DNA of 64,000 bases. Origin: Candidatus Poribacteria bacterium (GTDB lineage: Bacteria; Poribacteria; WGA-4E; WGA-3G). The DNA lies in the NCBI GenBank assembly GCA_963663765.2, contig CAXXUA010000013.1, positions 608,001 to 672,000 on the forward strand, given 5' to 3'. The notes beneath the pieces were generated by a model. It had not been told where the DNA came from and searched no databases. It saw only the letters and a list, made by a program, of their open reading frames with translations. Below are positions 32,201 to 41,825 of this stretch, in pieces (the first letter of the stretch is position 1; each line of letters begins with the position of its first letter). A program made the position numbers and the translations under genes.

Positions 32201-35200
32201 AGCAGAGACAGCATCTCCGATGTTCTGTGCTGCAGCGGTGTTTTCAGCGACGGTGCGTGTTGCGCTTTCACCTTCAGTGAATACGGGGGCAGTTGCGACA
32301 ACTTCTTCCACATCTGTAATGTTGATAGTGACATTGATTGAATCTGAAGCGTCATCACCATCTTTAGCAGTAACCGTCACAGCATAGCTGCTCTTTGTTT
32401 CAAAGTCCAGACTTGCTTTTGTCTTTAGCTGCCCATCAGTGCTGTTGATATCAAAAGATGCTGCATCTGTTCCAGCGAGCGTATAGGTCAGGGTGTCTTC
32501 ATCTTCATCTGTTGCTGAAATAGGATCGCCAATGTTTGTATCAGCATCAGTATTTTCGGCTATAGACCGAGTTGTAGAATCATCTGCAAAGACGGGTGCA
32601 TCATTAACATCACTCACATTTATGGTAATGTTAATCGTATCGGATAGCGTTTCATCCGAAGCAGTGACAACTACAGCATAACTTTTCTTGGTTTCATAGT
32701 TGAGAGCTACTTTTGTCTTTATTTGACCATTAGTTGTGTCAATGTCAAACGAAGCGGCATCTGTGCCACTGAGAGCATAAGCCAATGTATCCTCATCTGC
32801 ATCAGTAGCTGAAACAGGATCTCCAATGTTTGTATCTGCAGCGGTATTCTCAGCTATAGACCGAGTTGCAGAATCAGCTGCAAAGGCTGGTGCCTCATTG
32901 ACATTAGTAACTTTTATGGTAATGTTAATGGTATCTGATAGACTTCCATCCGACGCAGTTACGACTACTGAATAGCTTTTCTTGGTTCCATAATCGAGAC
33001 TTGCTTTTGTCTTTAGCTGCCCATCAGTGCTATCGATATCAAAAGATGCTGTATCTGTTCCACCGAGCGTATAGGTCAAGGTGTCTTCATCTTCATCTGT
33101 TGCTGAAACAGGATCTCCAATGTTTGTATCTGCGGCAGTATTCTCGGCTATAGACCGAGTTGCAGAATCAGCTGCAAATGCGGGTGCATCGTTGACATCA
33201 GTAACATTTATGGTAATGTTAATCGTATCGGATAGACTTCCATCGGAGGCAGTTACAACCACAGAGTAGCTTTTCTTGGTTTCATAGTTCAAGTTCCCTT
33301 TTGTCTGTAGCTGCCCAGTGGTACTGACAATTCCAAACGAAGCGGCATCTGTACCACTAAGAGCATAAGTCAAGGTATCCTCATCTGCATCCGTAGCGGA
33401 GACAACATCTCCGATGTTCTGTGCTGCAGCCGTGTTTTCAGCGACGGTTCGTGTTACGCTTTCACCTTCAGTGAATACGGGGGCATTTTGGGTAGCCGCC
33501 TCTTCCACGTTTGTGATGTTGATAGTGACATTGATTGAATCTGAAGCGTTATCAGCATCTTTAGCAGTAATGGACACAGAATGTGATGTCTTTGATTCAT
33601 AATCTAAACTTGCTTTTGTCTTCAACTGTCCATTAGTGCTGTCGATATCAAAAGAGGCTGCATCTGTTCCACCGAGCGTATAGGTCAAGGTGTCTTCATC
33701 TTCATCTGTTGCTGAAACAGGTTCTCCAATGTTTGTATTTGCAGCAGTATTCTCTGCTATAGACCGAGTTGCAGAATCAGCTGCAAATACGGGTGCATCG
33801 TTGGCGTCAGTAACATTTATTGTAATGTTAATGGTATCTGATAGACTTCCATCCGACGCAGTTACGACTACTGAATAGCTTTTCTTGGTTTCATAGTTTA
33901 GAGCTGCTTTTGTCTTAATCTGCCCATCAGTGCTGCCAATATCAAATAAGGCGGCATCTGTTCCACTGAGAGCATAAGTCAATGTAACCTCATCTGCATC
34001 TTTTGCTGAAACAGGATCTCCGATGGTTGTATTTGCAGCGGTATTCTCGGCTATAGACCGAGTTGCAGAATCAGCTGCAAAGACTGGTGCCTCGTTGACA
34101 TCAGTAACATTTATGGTAATGTTAATGGTATCTGATAGCGTTTCATCGGATGCAGTGACAACTACAGCATAGCTTTTCTTTGTTTCATAGTTTAGAGCTG
34201 CTTTTGTCTTTAGTTGCCCATCAATGCTGCCAATATCAAAAGATGCTGCATCTGTTCCAGCGAGCGTATAGGTCAAGGTGTCTTCATCTTCATCTGTTGC
34301 TGAAACAGGTTCTCCAATGTTTGTATCTGCGGCAGTATTCTCGGCGATAGACCGAGTTGCAGAATCAGCTGCAAATGCGGGTGCATCGTTGACATCAGTA
34401 ACATTTATGGTAATGTTAATCGTATCGGATAGACTTCCATCGGAGACAGTTACAACCACAGAGTAGCTTTTCTTGGTTTCATAGTTCAAGTTCCCTTTTG
34501 TCTGTAGCTGCCCAGTGGTACTGACAATTCCAAACGAAGCGGCATCTGTGCCACTGAGAGAATAAGTCAATGTATTCTCATCTGCATCCGTAGCGGAGAC
34601 AGCATCTCCGATGTTCTGTGCTGCAGCGGTATTTTCAGCGACGGTTCGTGTTACGCTTTCACCTTCTGTGAATACGGGGGCATTTTGGGTAGCCGCCTCT
34701 TCCACGTCTGTGATGTTGATAGTGACATTGATTGAATCTGAAGCGTCATCACCATCTTTAGCAGTAATCGTCACAGAATATGATGTCTTTGATTCATAAT
34801 CCAAACTTGCTTTTGTCTTCAGCTGTCCATTAGTGCTGTCGATATCAAAAGATGCTGCATCTGTTCCACCGAGCGTATAGGTCAAGGTGTCTTCATCTTC
34901 ATCTGTTGCTGAAACAGGTTCTCCAATGTTTGTATTTGCAGCAGTATTCTCGGCTATAGACCGAGTTATGGATTCATTTGCAAACACGGGTGCATCATTG
35001 GCGTCATTAACATTTATGGCAATGTTAATGGTATCTGATAGATTTTCATCTGAGGCAGTTACGACTACTGAATAGCTGCTCTTAGTTTCATAGTTGAGAG
35101 AAGCTTTTGTCTTAATCTGTCCATCTGTTGTGTCAATGTCAAACGACGCTGCATCAGTTCCACTCAAACTATAAGTCAATGTATCCTCATTTGCATCCGT

Positions 35201-38200
35201 AGCGGACACAGCATCACCGATGTTCTGTGATGCAGCGGTATTTTCAGCGACGGTTCGCGTCGCGCTTGTGCCTTCAGTGAATTCAGGTGCTGCAGGGGCA
35301 ACCACCTCATTTACATCTGTGATGCTGATAGTAACATTGATTATGTCTGAGAGTCCATCCGGATCCGTGGCTGTAACAATCACGGAATAAGACGACTTGG
35401 TTTCATAATCCAACGCGCTACTTGTCTGTATCTGTCCTGATGAACTATCAATTGTAAAGGACGATGAATCTGTCCCACTGAGTGTGTAAGTTAATGTGTC
35501 ATCTTCAGCATCTGTTGCCGCAACAACACTCCCTATATTTTGACCAGATGCAGTATTCTCTGCGACTGAACGGGTGGTACTTGCACCATCTGTAAAAGTG
35601 GGGGCAGTGTTACTCGCTTCTTCAATCGCTGGGATAACACTCAAAGGTAGTAGGTTAGATGTGACTAAACTGTAACCATCATGTTCATCTTTTGGAGGTA
35701 TAGGTAATGTACCGATATCCACATCGACCGATCCAGTCGTTTCTGTTTCTCGGGTTACAGTGAGCGTAGTGTCGCTTTCAAGTTTACCCGTCTTGATCGT
35801 AATCGAAGTAGTTTCTCCGTCAATACTGCCATTGGTCACACTGACAGGTAATACAAGATCAAATGGTGCACCAGTATCTACAGTAGCCTTAAACTCACCG
35901 TCTTGAACCTTGACTAACGATACCGTGATCTGAAGTGCTGTACCTTGATGTATTTCAAGACTAATTAGTGATGTCAAACCCTCAAACAAACCAACAGGTA
36001 TACTCGTCAACTGATTAGAAGAAAGATTGAGTGTACCAAGCTTTGATAACCCATCAAATACATCTGCTGGTAGACTTGTCAGTTTATTCCTAAATAATAC
36101 AAGGTACTCAAGAGATGTCAATCCATCAAAGACATCTACTGGCAGACTGGTTATTTGGTTTTGTGACAATTCAAGCTCTTTCAGCGATGACAAACCGTCA
36201 AATATATCCTCTGGTAAAGAGGTAAGAGCATTGGCATGTAGACCAAGCTTCTCAAGAGATGTCAATCCATCAAAGAGATCTGCTGGTATACTTTCCAGTG
36301 AGTTGTTGGTCGAGAGCCTTAAAGTCTTTAAGAGTGTCAATCCTTTGAATAGATCCTCAGGAACGGTTCTCAATGATCTGTTGAACTGCACTCCAAGTTC
36401 TGTCAACGAAGAGAGCCCATCGAAGTCACCGTTTTTTAATGTGGTTATAGGTGTTGCGGCAATTCTGAGTGTTGTAATTGCAGCAAGCTGTGTATCCCTA
36501 ACTTCGGATGCAGTTGATACCCCATCAATAGCTTCAATGATGGCACTTCTAACGACTCCTGTACGTTCACTGAGAGGTGTCGATTCAAAAACATCAATAA
36601 TATTGATCTTAACAGAAATGCTTACACTACCGTTCTTCGAATCTGTAACGGTGACAGTAAGAGAATAAGTATTCTGCATTTCATAATCTATCGCACTATT
36701 AGTGCTGAGCTGCCCTGTTGTGCTGTCAATACTAAAGGCGGAGGAATCTGCACCAGACATGGAATATTCCAACGTATCACCATCACTGTCGGTAGCAGTA
36801 AGTGCTGCGCCAATAGATTTCTCAGCATCTGTGTTCTCTCTAACAGATCTTGTGGTCCTAATACCATCGTTGAACGTAGGATAATTGTTGATACCTGCCT
36901 CGTGAACGTTTGTAACACCGACTGTTACATCAATGGTATCGGTAAGTGATCCATCTGATGCAGTAATCGTTATAGTATAGATGTTCTTCGTTTCATAATC
37001 CAAACTGGTTTTTGTCTGTAGCTGCCCAGTTGTGCTCACAATATCAAACGATGCTGCATCCGTGCCACCGAGAGTATATGTCAACGTATCATCATTGTCA
37101 TCTATTGCAAAAACTGCACTTCCAATGTTTTGTCCTGATGTCGTATTCTCGGCAATACTCCGTGTTGTGTCTGATCCTTCAGTGAATATAGGCGGCACAT
37201 TTTCATCTGCCTCTACCACATTTGTCACATTGATCGTAACATTGGTGGTATCTGAAGAATCGTCACCATCTGTCGCAGTTACCGTCACCGAGTAAGTTCT
37301 CTTCGTTTCATAATCCAAACTGGTTTTTGTCTGTATCTGTCCAGATGAATTCACAATATCAAATGACGTTGCATCCGTACCGCCGAGAGTATATGTCAAC
37401 GTATCCCCATCATCATCTGTCGCAGAGACGGCACTGCCGATATTGACACTTGCGGCAGTATTTTCAGCTATGGTTAACGTAATGCTATTCGATGCATAAA
37501 CTGGTGCTTCATTCACATCGGTCACATTGATGGTAACACTAATGGTGTCTGAGAGTTCATCCGGATCCTTTGCTGTAATAGTGACAGAATAGGACGTCTT
37601 CGTTTCGTAGTCCAACGCTGCTTTTGTCTGTAATTGCCCAGAGGTGCTGACAATATCAAAGGAGGCAGCATCTGTTCCACTGAGACTGTAGGATAACGTA
37701 TCCCCATCATCATCTGTCGCAGAGACGACACTGCCGATATTGACACTTGCGGCAGTATTTTCAGCTATGGTTAACGTAATGCTATTCGATGCATAAACTG
37801 GTGCTTCATTCACATCGGTCACATTGATGGTAACACTAATGGTATCTGAGAGTTCATCCGGATCCTTTGCTGTAATAGTAACAGAATAGGACGTCTTCGT
37901 TTCGTAGTCCAACGCTGCTTTTGTCTGTAGCTGCCCCGATGTGCTGACAATATCAAAGGAGGCAGCATCTGTTCCACTGAGACTGTAGGATAACGTATCC
38001 TCATCATCATCTGTCGCAGAGACGGCACTGCCGATATTGACACTTGCGGCAGTATTTTCAGCAACACTTCGTGTTGTGCTTGTGCCGTCAGTAAATTCAG
38101 GAGCGACATTGTCGCTGGGTTCCACCACATTTGTCACATTGATCGTAACATTGATCGTATGCGCAGCACCGTCAGCATCTTTAGCTGTGATTGACACAGC

Positions 38201-39448
38201 GTAAGTTTTCTTCGTTTCATGGTCCAACGCTGCTTTTGTCTGCAACTGTCCGGAAGTGGTCACTATATCAAATGACGCTGCATCGGTGCCACCAAGACTA
38301 TATGTCACCGTATCACCCTCTGGATCTGTTGCAGCAACAGCACTGCCGATATTGACACCAGCGGCAGTATTTTCAGCAACACTTCGTGTTGGACTTTCTG
38401 ATGAGAAAACTGGTGCTTCATTCACATCGTTGACGTTGATCGTTACATCAATAGTATCTGATAGTTCACTTGGATCCTTTGCTGTAATAGTGACAGAATA
38501 GGAGGACTTCGTTTCATAGTCCAATGTTTGATTTGGCTTGAGTTGTCCTGAGTCGGTGTCAATAGTAAACGACGTAGCGTCAGTTCCACTGATGCTATAA
38601 GTTACTTCTTCATCCTCAGGATCTACAGCAATGATGGGATCCCCGATAATATCTCCGGAGCCAATATTCTCATCAACTGTCCGTGTTGTACTCGCACCTT
38701 CATGGAACACAGGAGGATCATTCACATCCGGATTATCCGTGACTTCTTCCTGTGTTGGGTCTGGACTACTGAGAACATGAAGAGGTAACGAGTCAGATTT
38801 TGATAATTCATAACCGTAATGATTGAGATTTGGTATACTGGGTAATGTGCCGATATCAGCGGTTACTGCAGCAGTTGTCCCTGCTGTTCGAGTTACTGTG
38901 ACGGTGCTGCTCTCTACTGTTCCTGTGGAAATGGTCAGAGATGTCGTATTATTGATAATGGTTCCATTGTTCACGCTGATGGGAACAATTATATTAAAAG
39001 GGGCACCCGTTGGTGCGACTGCTTTGAATTGATTTTCGTCAACTTTTTCCAATGAGATAATAATTGGCATTGGATCAACGGTGTTTCTACCCAAACGGAG
39101 CGTAGTCAAAGACGTTAATCCATCAAAAATGTCATCTGGAAGACTTTCAAGTGAATTCCCATATAGGTTCAGATTAGTGAGCCCGGACATGCCAGAAAAA
39201 TCACCAGATTTTAGTTCTGTAATACCGTTTGACCTTAGGTTTAGTTCTGTAATAGCTTTAAGGTCGTCTTCGGTGACATCTGAAGCAGAATTAGCACCCG
39301 TTGCAGTGACGATAGCAGCCTGTACCTCTGTTGTTCGCTCACTGACTGGTGTAATGTCCGCCGAACTTGCAACTGATAAACCAAAGAAAACTAATGAACA
39401 TAGTACAATAGATATTACAGAATTCAGATTCTTGAGTCGTGTTTTCAT
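29285..39448 (-). CDS. Giant secreted LRR + cadherin-repeat protein, paralogue 4 (3387 aa)
   Basis: Signal peptide almost identical to paralogue 3, about 24 cadherin repeats, three LRR blocks, same C-terminal domain; AAGGA RBS. Confidence 0.95.
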   Translation of the reverse strand: MKTRLKNLNSVISIVLCSLVFFGLSVASSADITPVSERTTEVQAAIVTATGANSASDVTEDDLKAITELNLRSNGITELKSGDFSGMSGLTNLNLYGNSLESLPDDIFDGLTSLTTLRLGRNTVDPMPIIISLEKVDENQFKAVAPTGAPFNIIVPISVNNGTIINNTTSLTISTGTVESSTVTVTRTAGTTAAVTADIGTLPSIPNLNHYGYELSKSDSLPLHVLSSPDPTQEEVTDNPDVNDPPVFHEGASTTRTVDENIGSGDIIGDPIIAVDPEDEEVTYSISGTDATSFTIDTDSGQLKPNQTLDYETKSSYSVTITAKDPSELSDTIDVTINVNDVNEAPVFSSESPTRSVAENTAAGVNIGSAVAATDPEGDTVTYSLGGTDAASFDIVTTSGQLQTKAALDHETKKTYAVSITAKDADGAAHTINVTINVTNVVEPSDNVAPEFTDGTSTTRSVAENTAASVNIGSAVSATDDDEDTLSYSLSGTDAASFDIVSTSGQLQTKAALDYETKTSYSVTITAKDPDELSDTISVTINVTDVNEAPVYASNSITLTIAENTAASVNIGSVVSATDDDGDTLSYSLSGTDAASFDIVSTSGQLQTKAALDYETKTSYSVTITAKDPDELSDTISVTINVTDVNEAPVYASNSITLTIAENTAASVNIGSAVSATDDDGDTLTYTLGGTDATSFDIVNSSGQIQTKTSLDYETKRTYSVTVTATDGDDSSDTTNVTINVTNVVEADENVPPIFTEGSDTTRSIAENTTSGQNIGSAVFAIDDNDDTLTYTLGGTDAASFDIVSTTGQLQTKTSLDYETKNIYTITITASDGSLTDTIDVTVGVTNVHEAGINNYPTFNDGIRTTRSVRENTDAEKSIGAALTATDSDGDTLEYSMSGADSSAFSIDSTTGQLSTNSAIDYEMQNTYSLTVTVTDSKNGSVSISVKINIIDVFESTPLSERTGVVRSAIIEAIDGVSTASEVRDTQLAAITTLRIAATPITTLKNGDFDGLSSLTELGVQFNRSLRTVPEDLFKGLTLLKTLRLSTNNSLESIPADLFDGLTSLEKLGLHANALTSLPEDIFDGLSSLKELELSQNQITSLPVDVFDGLTSLEYLVLFRNKLTSLPADVFDGLSKLGTLNLSSNQLTSIPVGLFEGLTSLISLEIHQGTALQITVSLVKVQDGEFKATVDTGAPFDLVLPVSVTNGSIDGETTSITIKTGKLESDTTLTVTRETETTGSVDVDIGTLPIPPKDEHDGYSLVTSNLLPLSVIPAIEEASNTAPTFTDGASTTRSVAENTASGQNIGSVVAATDAEDDTLTYTLSGTDSSSFTIDSSSGQIQTSSALDYETKSSYSVIVTATDPDGLSDIINVTISITDVNEVVAPAAPEFTEGTSATRTVAENTAASQNIGDAVSATDANEDTLTYSLSGTDAASFDIDTTDGQIKTKASLNYETKSSYSVVVTASDENLSDTINIAINVNDANDAPVFANESITRSIAENTAANTNIGEPVSATDEDEDTLTYTLGGTDAASFDIDSTNGQLKTKASLDYESKTSYSVTITAKDGDDASDSINVTINITDVEEAATQNAPVFTEGESVTRTVAENTAAAQNIGDAVSATDADENTLTYSLSGTDAASFGIVSTTGQLQTKGNLNYETKKSYSVVVTVSDGSLSDTINITINVTDVNDAPAFAADSATRSIAENTAADTNIGEPVSATDEDEDTLTYTLAGTDAASFDIGSIDGQLKTKAALNYETKKSYAVVVTASDETLSDTINITINVTDVNEAPVFAADSATRSIAENTAANTTIGDPVSAKDADEVTLTYALSGTDAALFDIGSTDGQIKTKAALNYETKKSYSVVVTASDGSLSDTINITINVTDANDAPVFAADSATRSIAENTAANTNIGEPVSATDEDEDTLTYTLGGTDAASFDIDSTNGQLKTKASLDYESKTSHSVSITAKDADNASDSINVTINITNVEEAATQNAPVFTEGESVTRTVAENTAAAQNIGDVVSATDADEDTLTYALSGTDAASFGIVSTTGQLQTKGNLNYETKKSYSVVVTASDGSLSDTINITINVTDVNDAPAFAADSATRSIAENTAADTNIGDPVSATDEDEDTLTYTLGGTDTASFDIDSTDGQLKTKASLDYGTKKSYSVVVTASDGSLSDTINITIKVTNVNEAPAFAADSATRSIAENTAADTNIGDPVSATDADEDTLAYALSGTDAASFDIDTTNGQIKTKVALNYETKKSYAVVVTASDETLSDTINITINVSDVNDAPVFADDSTTRSIAENTDADTNIGDPISATDEDEDTLTYTLAGTDAASFDINSTDGQLKTKASLDFETKSSYAVTVTAKDGDDASDSINVTINITDVEEVVATAPVFTEGESATRTVAENTAAAQNIGDAVSATDADEDTLAYALSGTDAASFDIDTTNGQIKTKVALNYENKKSYAVVVTASDENLSDTINITINVTDVNEAPAFAAESATRSIAENTDADTNIGDPVSATDEDEDTLTYTLGGTDEASFDIGSTDGQLKTKAALNYETKSSYSVVVTASDENLSDTINITINVTDVNEAPAFAAESATRSIAENTDADTNIGDPISATDEDEDTLTYTLGGTDEASFDIGSTDGQLKTKASLDYETKSSYAVTVTAKDGDDASDTINVTINITDVEEVVANAPEFTEGESATRTVAENTATAQNIGTAVAATDADEDTLTYALSGTDAASFDIDTTNGQIKTKAALNYETKSSYAVVVTASDETLSDTINITINVSDANDAPVFANDSTTLSIDENTDADTNIGDPITATDEDGDDLTYTLGGTDANNFDLVEDSGQLRTSGFLDYETKTSYALTITATDPDNSTDTIDVTVNVNDVTDVNPPIFLDIDTDNLTLSVDENTPANTSIGDPFGVRGIRPITFSLRGTDANRFRIGRTSGQLRTRAALDYESKKSYSIRVVATNSDGNKSIDVTIQVTDVFESVPLSQRPAKVRNAIVAAINGVNKASDVTDAHMLSIKTLDLSDKSLSEITSNHLDGLTSLEELNLSDNSFTSLHVDLFDSFSSLTKLHLDNNNLHTLPSDLFDGLSLLKELHLNHNFITGLPSGIFDDLSSLKKLNLHYNTISSLSSSVFQELSSLTHLNFENNLLQRLPNDIFKGLTSINTIKAANNRTTLLNMTVSLNKLSETKFTAEVNTGIPYQLDVPVTVTIGHDEISYTLGIKKGATQSEQEIEFALSPTSVSVNIDDLAVVPSRFTGLSLVKSSNLPITLNPPNQIIFGAPTNSQPIPDFTSFNQNYPNPFNPETWIPYQLSEASDVTMTIYNMRGVVVRELALGHQPAGYYQSRARAAYWNGRNSLGEMVATGVYFVTFKAGDFTATRKMMIRK

Positions 39449-39953
39449 AGGATGATTCCTTTATATAATAATGTTAAGTAAACTATATTGTGTAGACAAG
39501 ATGTTAACCACATCTACACTGTTGGAAAGCCGCACTTACCGAGGAATATAGTAGTCCCCGTAGTAACTAACCATTTAAGCGTATATCTATGACATCGGTT
39601 TTATAAACCACTTCAGATGTCAATAAAAAGATTGATTGTCATTAAAAGTCGCATCAGTTGATGCTTTATGTATCTATTGAGGAGAACTTTTACGAAGGGG
39701 GAATTTTTTCTTAAGTTCTTATAGGAAAGAATCATGTATGGGTCTGGTCCATTTGAATATAATATTAGGTTGCCCCTATTATCTCCTCTATCCAACCATG
39801 ATTTTAATATTCAAATATGATAAAAGACTGTTCTGTTTGCCAAAACTATATTAATTATAATAATGAGGACCAAATGCTATCGTCAGCAGTAGTAATATTA
39901 AGACGATAAAGAAATATATATAATGAGATATTTATTTCTCGCCTAAATACTAT

Positions 39954-39982
39954 ATTATAACTTGAAATTCCGTAAATGTCAA
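39954..39982 (-). promoter_or_regulatory. Consensus sigma70 promoter facing the giant-protein array
   Basis: Minus strand reads TTGACA-17 bp-TATAAT (39982-39977, 39959-39954). Confidence 0.75.
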
Positions 39983-39994
39983 AGAATATTTAGG

Positions 39995-40075
39995 CAGGGT
40001 TATTTAGTTTTCAATATTTTTGATATTATTTTGCTATGTCGTTAATTTTATGGGGTACCATCTTGTCCAGTTCTT
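39995..40075. mobile_element. One end of a CAGGG-TIR MITE (other end lost)
   Basis: Nearly the reverse complement of about 56990-57070. Confidence 0.8.
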
Positions 40076-40077
40076 TA

Positions 40078-40485
40078 GTGGTTCACTCGCTAAGTATTTG
40101 CGATATATCTTCAATTGAAGTTCCATAGGGTTCTAATACCATTTTCATGTGATAATGTCTCATTAGCAGCGGAAATCTGGTAGGAGCGACCTCCCGGTCG
40201 CGACCGGGAGGTCGCTCCTACCGAAGAGAGTAACCCCCTGCGAGTAAACAGTAGAATTCCTTAATGAGACAACATTTATTTGAATTGGTATAACAATCAA
40301 TTTCGCACGCTGCACCGTCCGAAACGGATGCGTGCGTGAACTCGCAAGTCTCCTCAATTCAGCGTTTTCTTCCTCATTGACCTCACGAATGTGATGTATT
40401 CGTTTTCCCATCTCAATTCTCCTCTCCATTTTTTGAATTCAATAGATAGAAGAATTTTACCATAATATCTTGACGAGTCAATCAC
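40078..40485 (-). mobile_element. Internally deleted IS630-family remnant
   Basis: Imperfect TIRs (TA)GTGGTTCACTCGCTAAG / (TA)GTGATTGACTCGTCAAG flanked by TA; N-terminal fragment EEENAELRRLASSRTHPFRTVQRAKLIV resembles IS630 transposase starts. Confidence 0.7.
40137..40290. mobile_element. 154-bp TACC...GGTA MITE with TAA duplication, carrying a REP palindrome
   Basis: TAA at 40134-36 and 40291-93; central GTAGGAGCGACCTCCCGGTCGCGACCGGGAGGTCGCTCCTAC palindrome. Confidence 0.75.
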
Positions 40486-40679
40486 TAAAGAGGGTGGTGG
40501 CATCGTATTTCTATAAACATATCGTCCCTACCAAATCAACGCCAAATGCGCCAAATCAACGGTATGAATGCCATATGAAGATTAATTTATTAATTCGGTA
40601 ATAAATATTTCTCTCACGGTAGGCGGGGAATGCCTAAAGAAGCATGCGCGTATGGCATGCTCCATGATTCATACCGTTG

Positions 40680-41191
40680 GGGTGTGTAAAGTTTTTGCAC
40701 AAACTGCACATTCTCCATTGTAGAGCGGGGTCTCTGTGCACCGCCGCATAGGTGTCAACTTAAGGATTCTGACCTCTTGTGGGAGGGGTTTGCAACCCCG
40801 ATTTTATGTTCATTTCCACCCAAATCGGGGTTACAAACCCCTCCCACAAGAGAATATGCCAACACTTTTTTCTTAAGTTGACACCTATGGGGTCTCTGTG
40901 CACCGCCGCAACTGATTAAATGAGAGATTGCGGGCACAGAGACCCATAGGTGTCAATATAAGGAAATATTGTTAATATCAACCATACTCTTCAGTCCCGT
41001 AGGGACGATATGTTTATAGAAAACAAGTACCCTTCCCAGTTCTTTAGTCCCGTAGGGACGATATGTTTATTCTTCTATGTCGTTCCTACGGAACTCAAGA
41101 GAGGGTGATTACACCTATCTATAAACATTGCGTCCCTACGTGACTAAAGAGAACAAAAGTTTGTACCTCTGTGCAAAAACTTTACACACCC
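40680..41191. mobile_element. 512-bp MITE with IS256-like ends
   Basis: Perfect 22-bp TIR GGGTGTGTAAAGTTTTTGCACA; 9-bp duplication ATACCGTTG (40671-79 / 41192-200). Family assignment inferred from GG-start TIR and 9-bp duplication. Confidence 0.88.
40747..40889. mobile_element. 143-bp CATAGG-TIR MITE
   Basis: Near reverse complement of 18868-19010; 19-bp duplication GGGTCTCTGTGCACCGCCG. Confidence 0.9.
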
Positions 41192-41333
41192 ATACCGTTG
41201 ATTTGGTGCTTTGTAAGCGCGCCCCCGATGGTAGGCGGGGAATGCCTAAATAAGCATGCGCGTATGGCATGCTCCATGATTCATACCGTTGATTTGGTGT
41301 TTTGTAAGCGTGCTGGCATATCAAGTTCCAATA

Positions 41334-41421
41334 GCGCGCTTACAAAGCACGCCTACCATCGGTAGGCGCGCTTACAAAGCACGCTTACCATCGGTAGGCG
41401 CGCTTACAAAGCACGCCTACC
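41334..41421. repeat. About three tandem REP palindromes, 32-bp period
   Basis: Unit GGTAGGCGCGCTTACAAAGCACGCCTACCATC. Confidence 0.8.
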
Positions 41422-41464
41422 GTGGGAAAATATATGGATACCCAATAAATAAATTAATCTTCAT

Positions 41465-41684
41465 GAAGAATGTGCTACAACTGACCGCACAATCTGGAAG
41501 AATGTGCTACAACTGACCGCACAATCTGGAAGAATGTGCTACAACTGACCGCACAATCTGGAAGAATGTGCTACAACTGACCACACAATCTGGAAGAATG
41601 TGCTACAACTGACCGCACAATCTGGAAGAATGTGCTACAACTGACCACACAATCTGGAAGAATGTCTATTATTGGCGAAGGTAT
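41465..41684. repeat. 32-bp tandem repeat x6 ending in the TGGCGAAGGTAT TIR (truncated CAATACC-MITE)
   Basis: Unit GAAGAATGTGCTACAACTGACCGCACAATCTG, no spacers. Confidence 0.92.
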
Positions 41685-41761
41685 CTAAAGGTAGGAACGA
41701 CTTCCTATTAATAATCGAAAGAAACAATTCAACATAAATAAATTAGAAAAAATGAATTTTA

Positions 41762-41788
41762 TGCAACCTTTTCCATTTTGCATGTATC
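41762..41788 (+). promoter_or_regulatory. Possible ECF-type promoter upstream of the ECF sigma gene
   Basis: TGCAAC-16 bp-GTATC about 40 nt upstream of the ATG; resembles the AAC/GT pattern of ECF promoters only. Confidence 0.3.
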
Positions 41789-41825
41789 ATGATGGTCATA
41801 AGGGAATTCCATTTAGGAGATACTT

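Larger units (their letters stand above)
40575..41464. mobile_element. Composite MITE with ATGAAGATTAATTTATT TIRs
   Basis: Perfect 17-bp inverted repeat 40575-40591 / 41448-41464; no target duplication, and both flanking elements are truncated at its ends. Confidence 0.7.

Noticed and set aside
3-39455. Dozens of plus-strand and alternate-frame ORFs (Ser/Val-rich, 60-360 aa)
   Set aside because: Antisense or frame shadows of the repetitive giant genes; they recur with the repeat period
39613-39795. 60-aa ORF in the leader region
   Set aside because: AT-rich, no recognisable motif; likely spurious, although a leader peptide is not excluded
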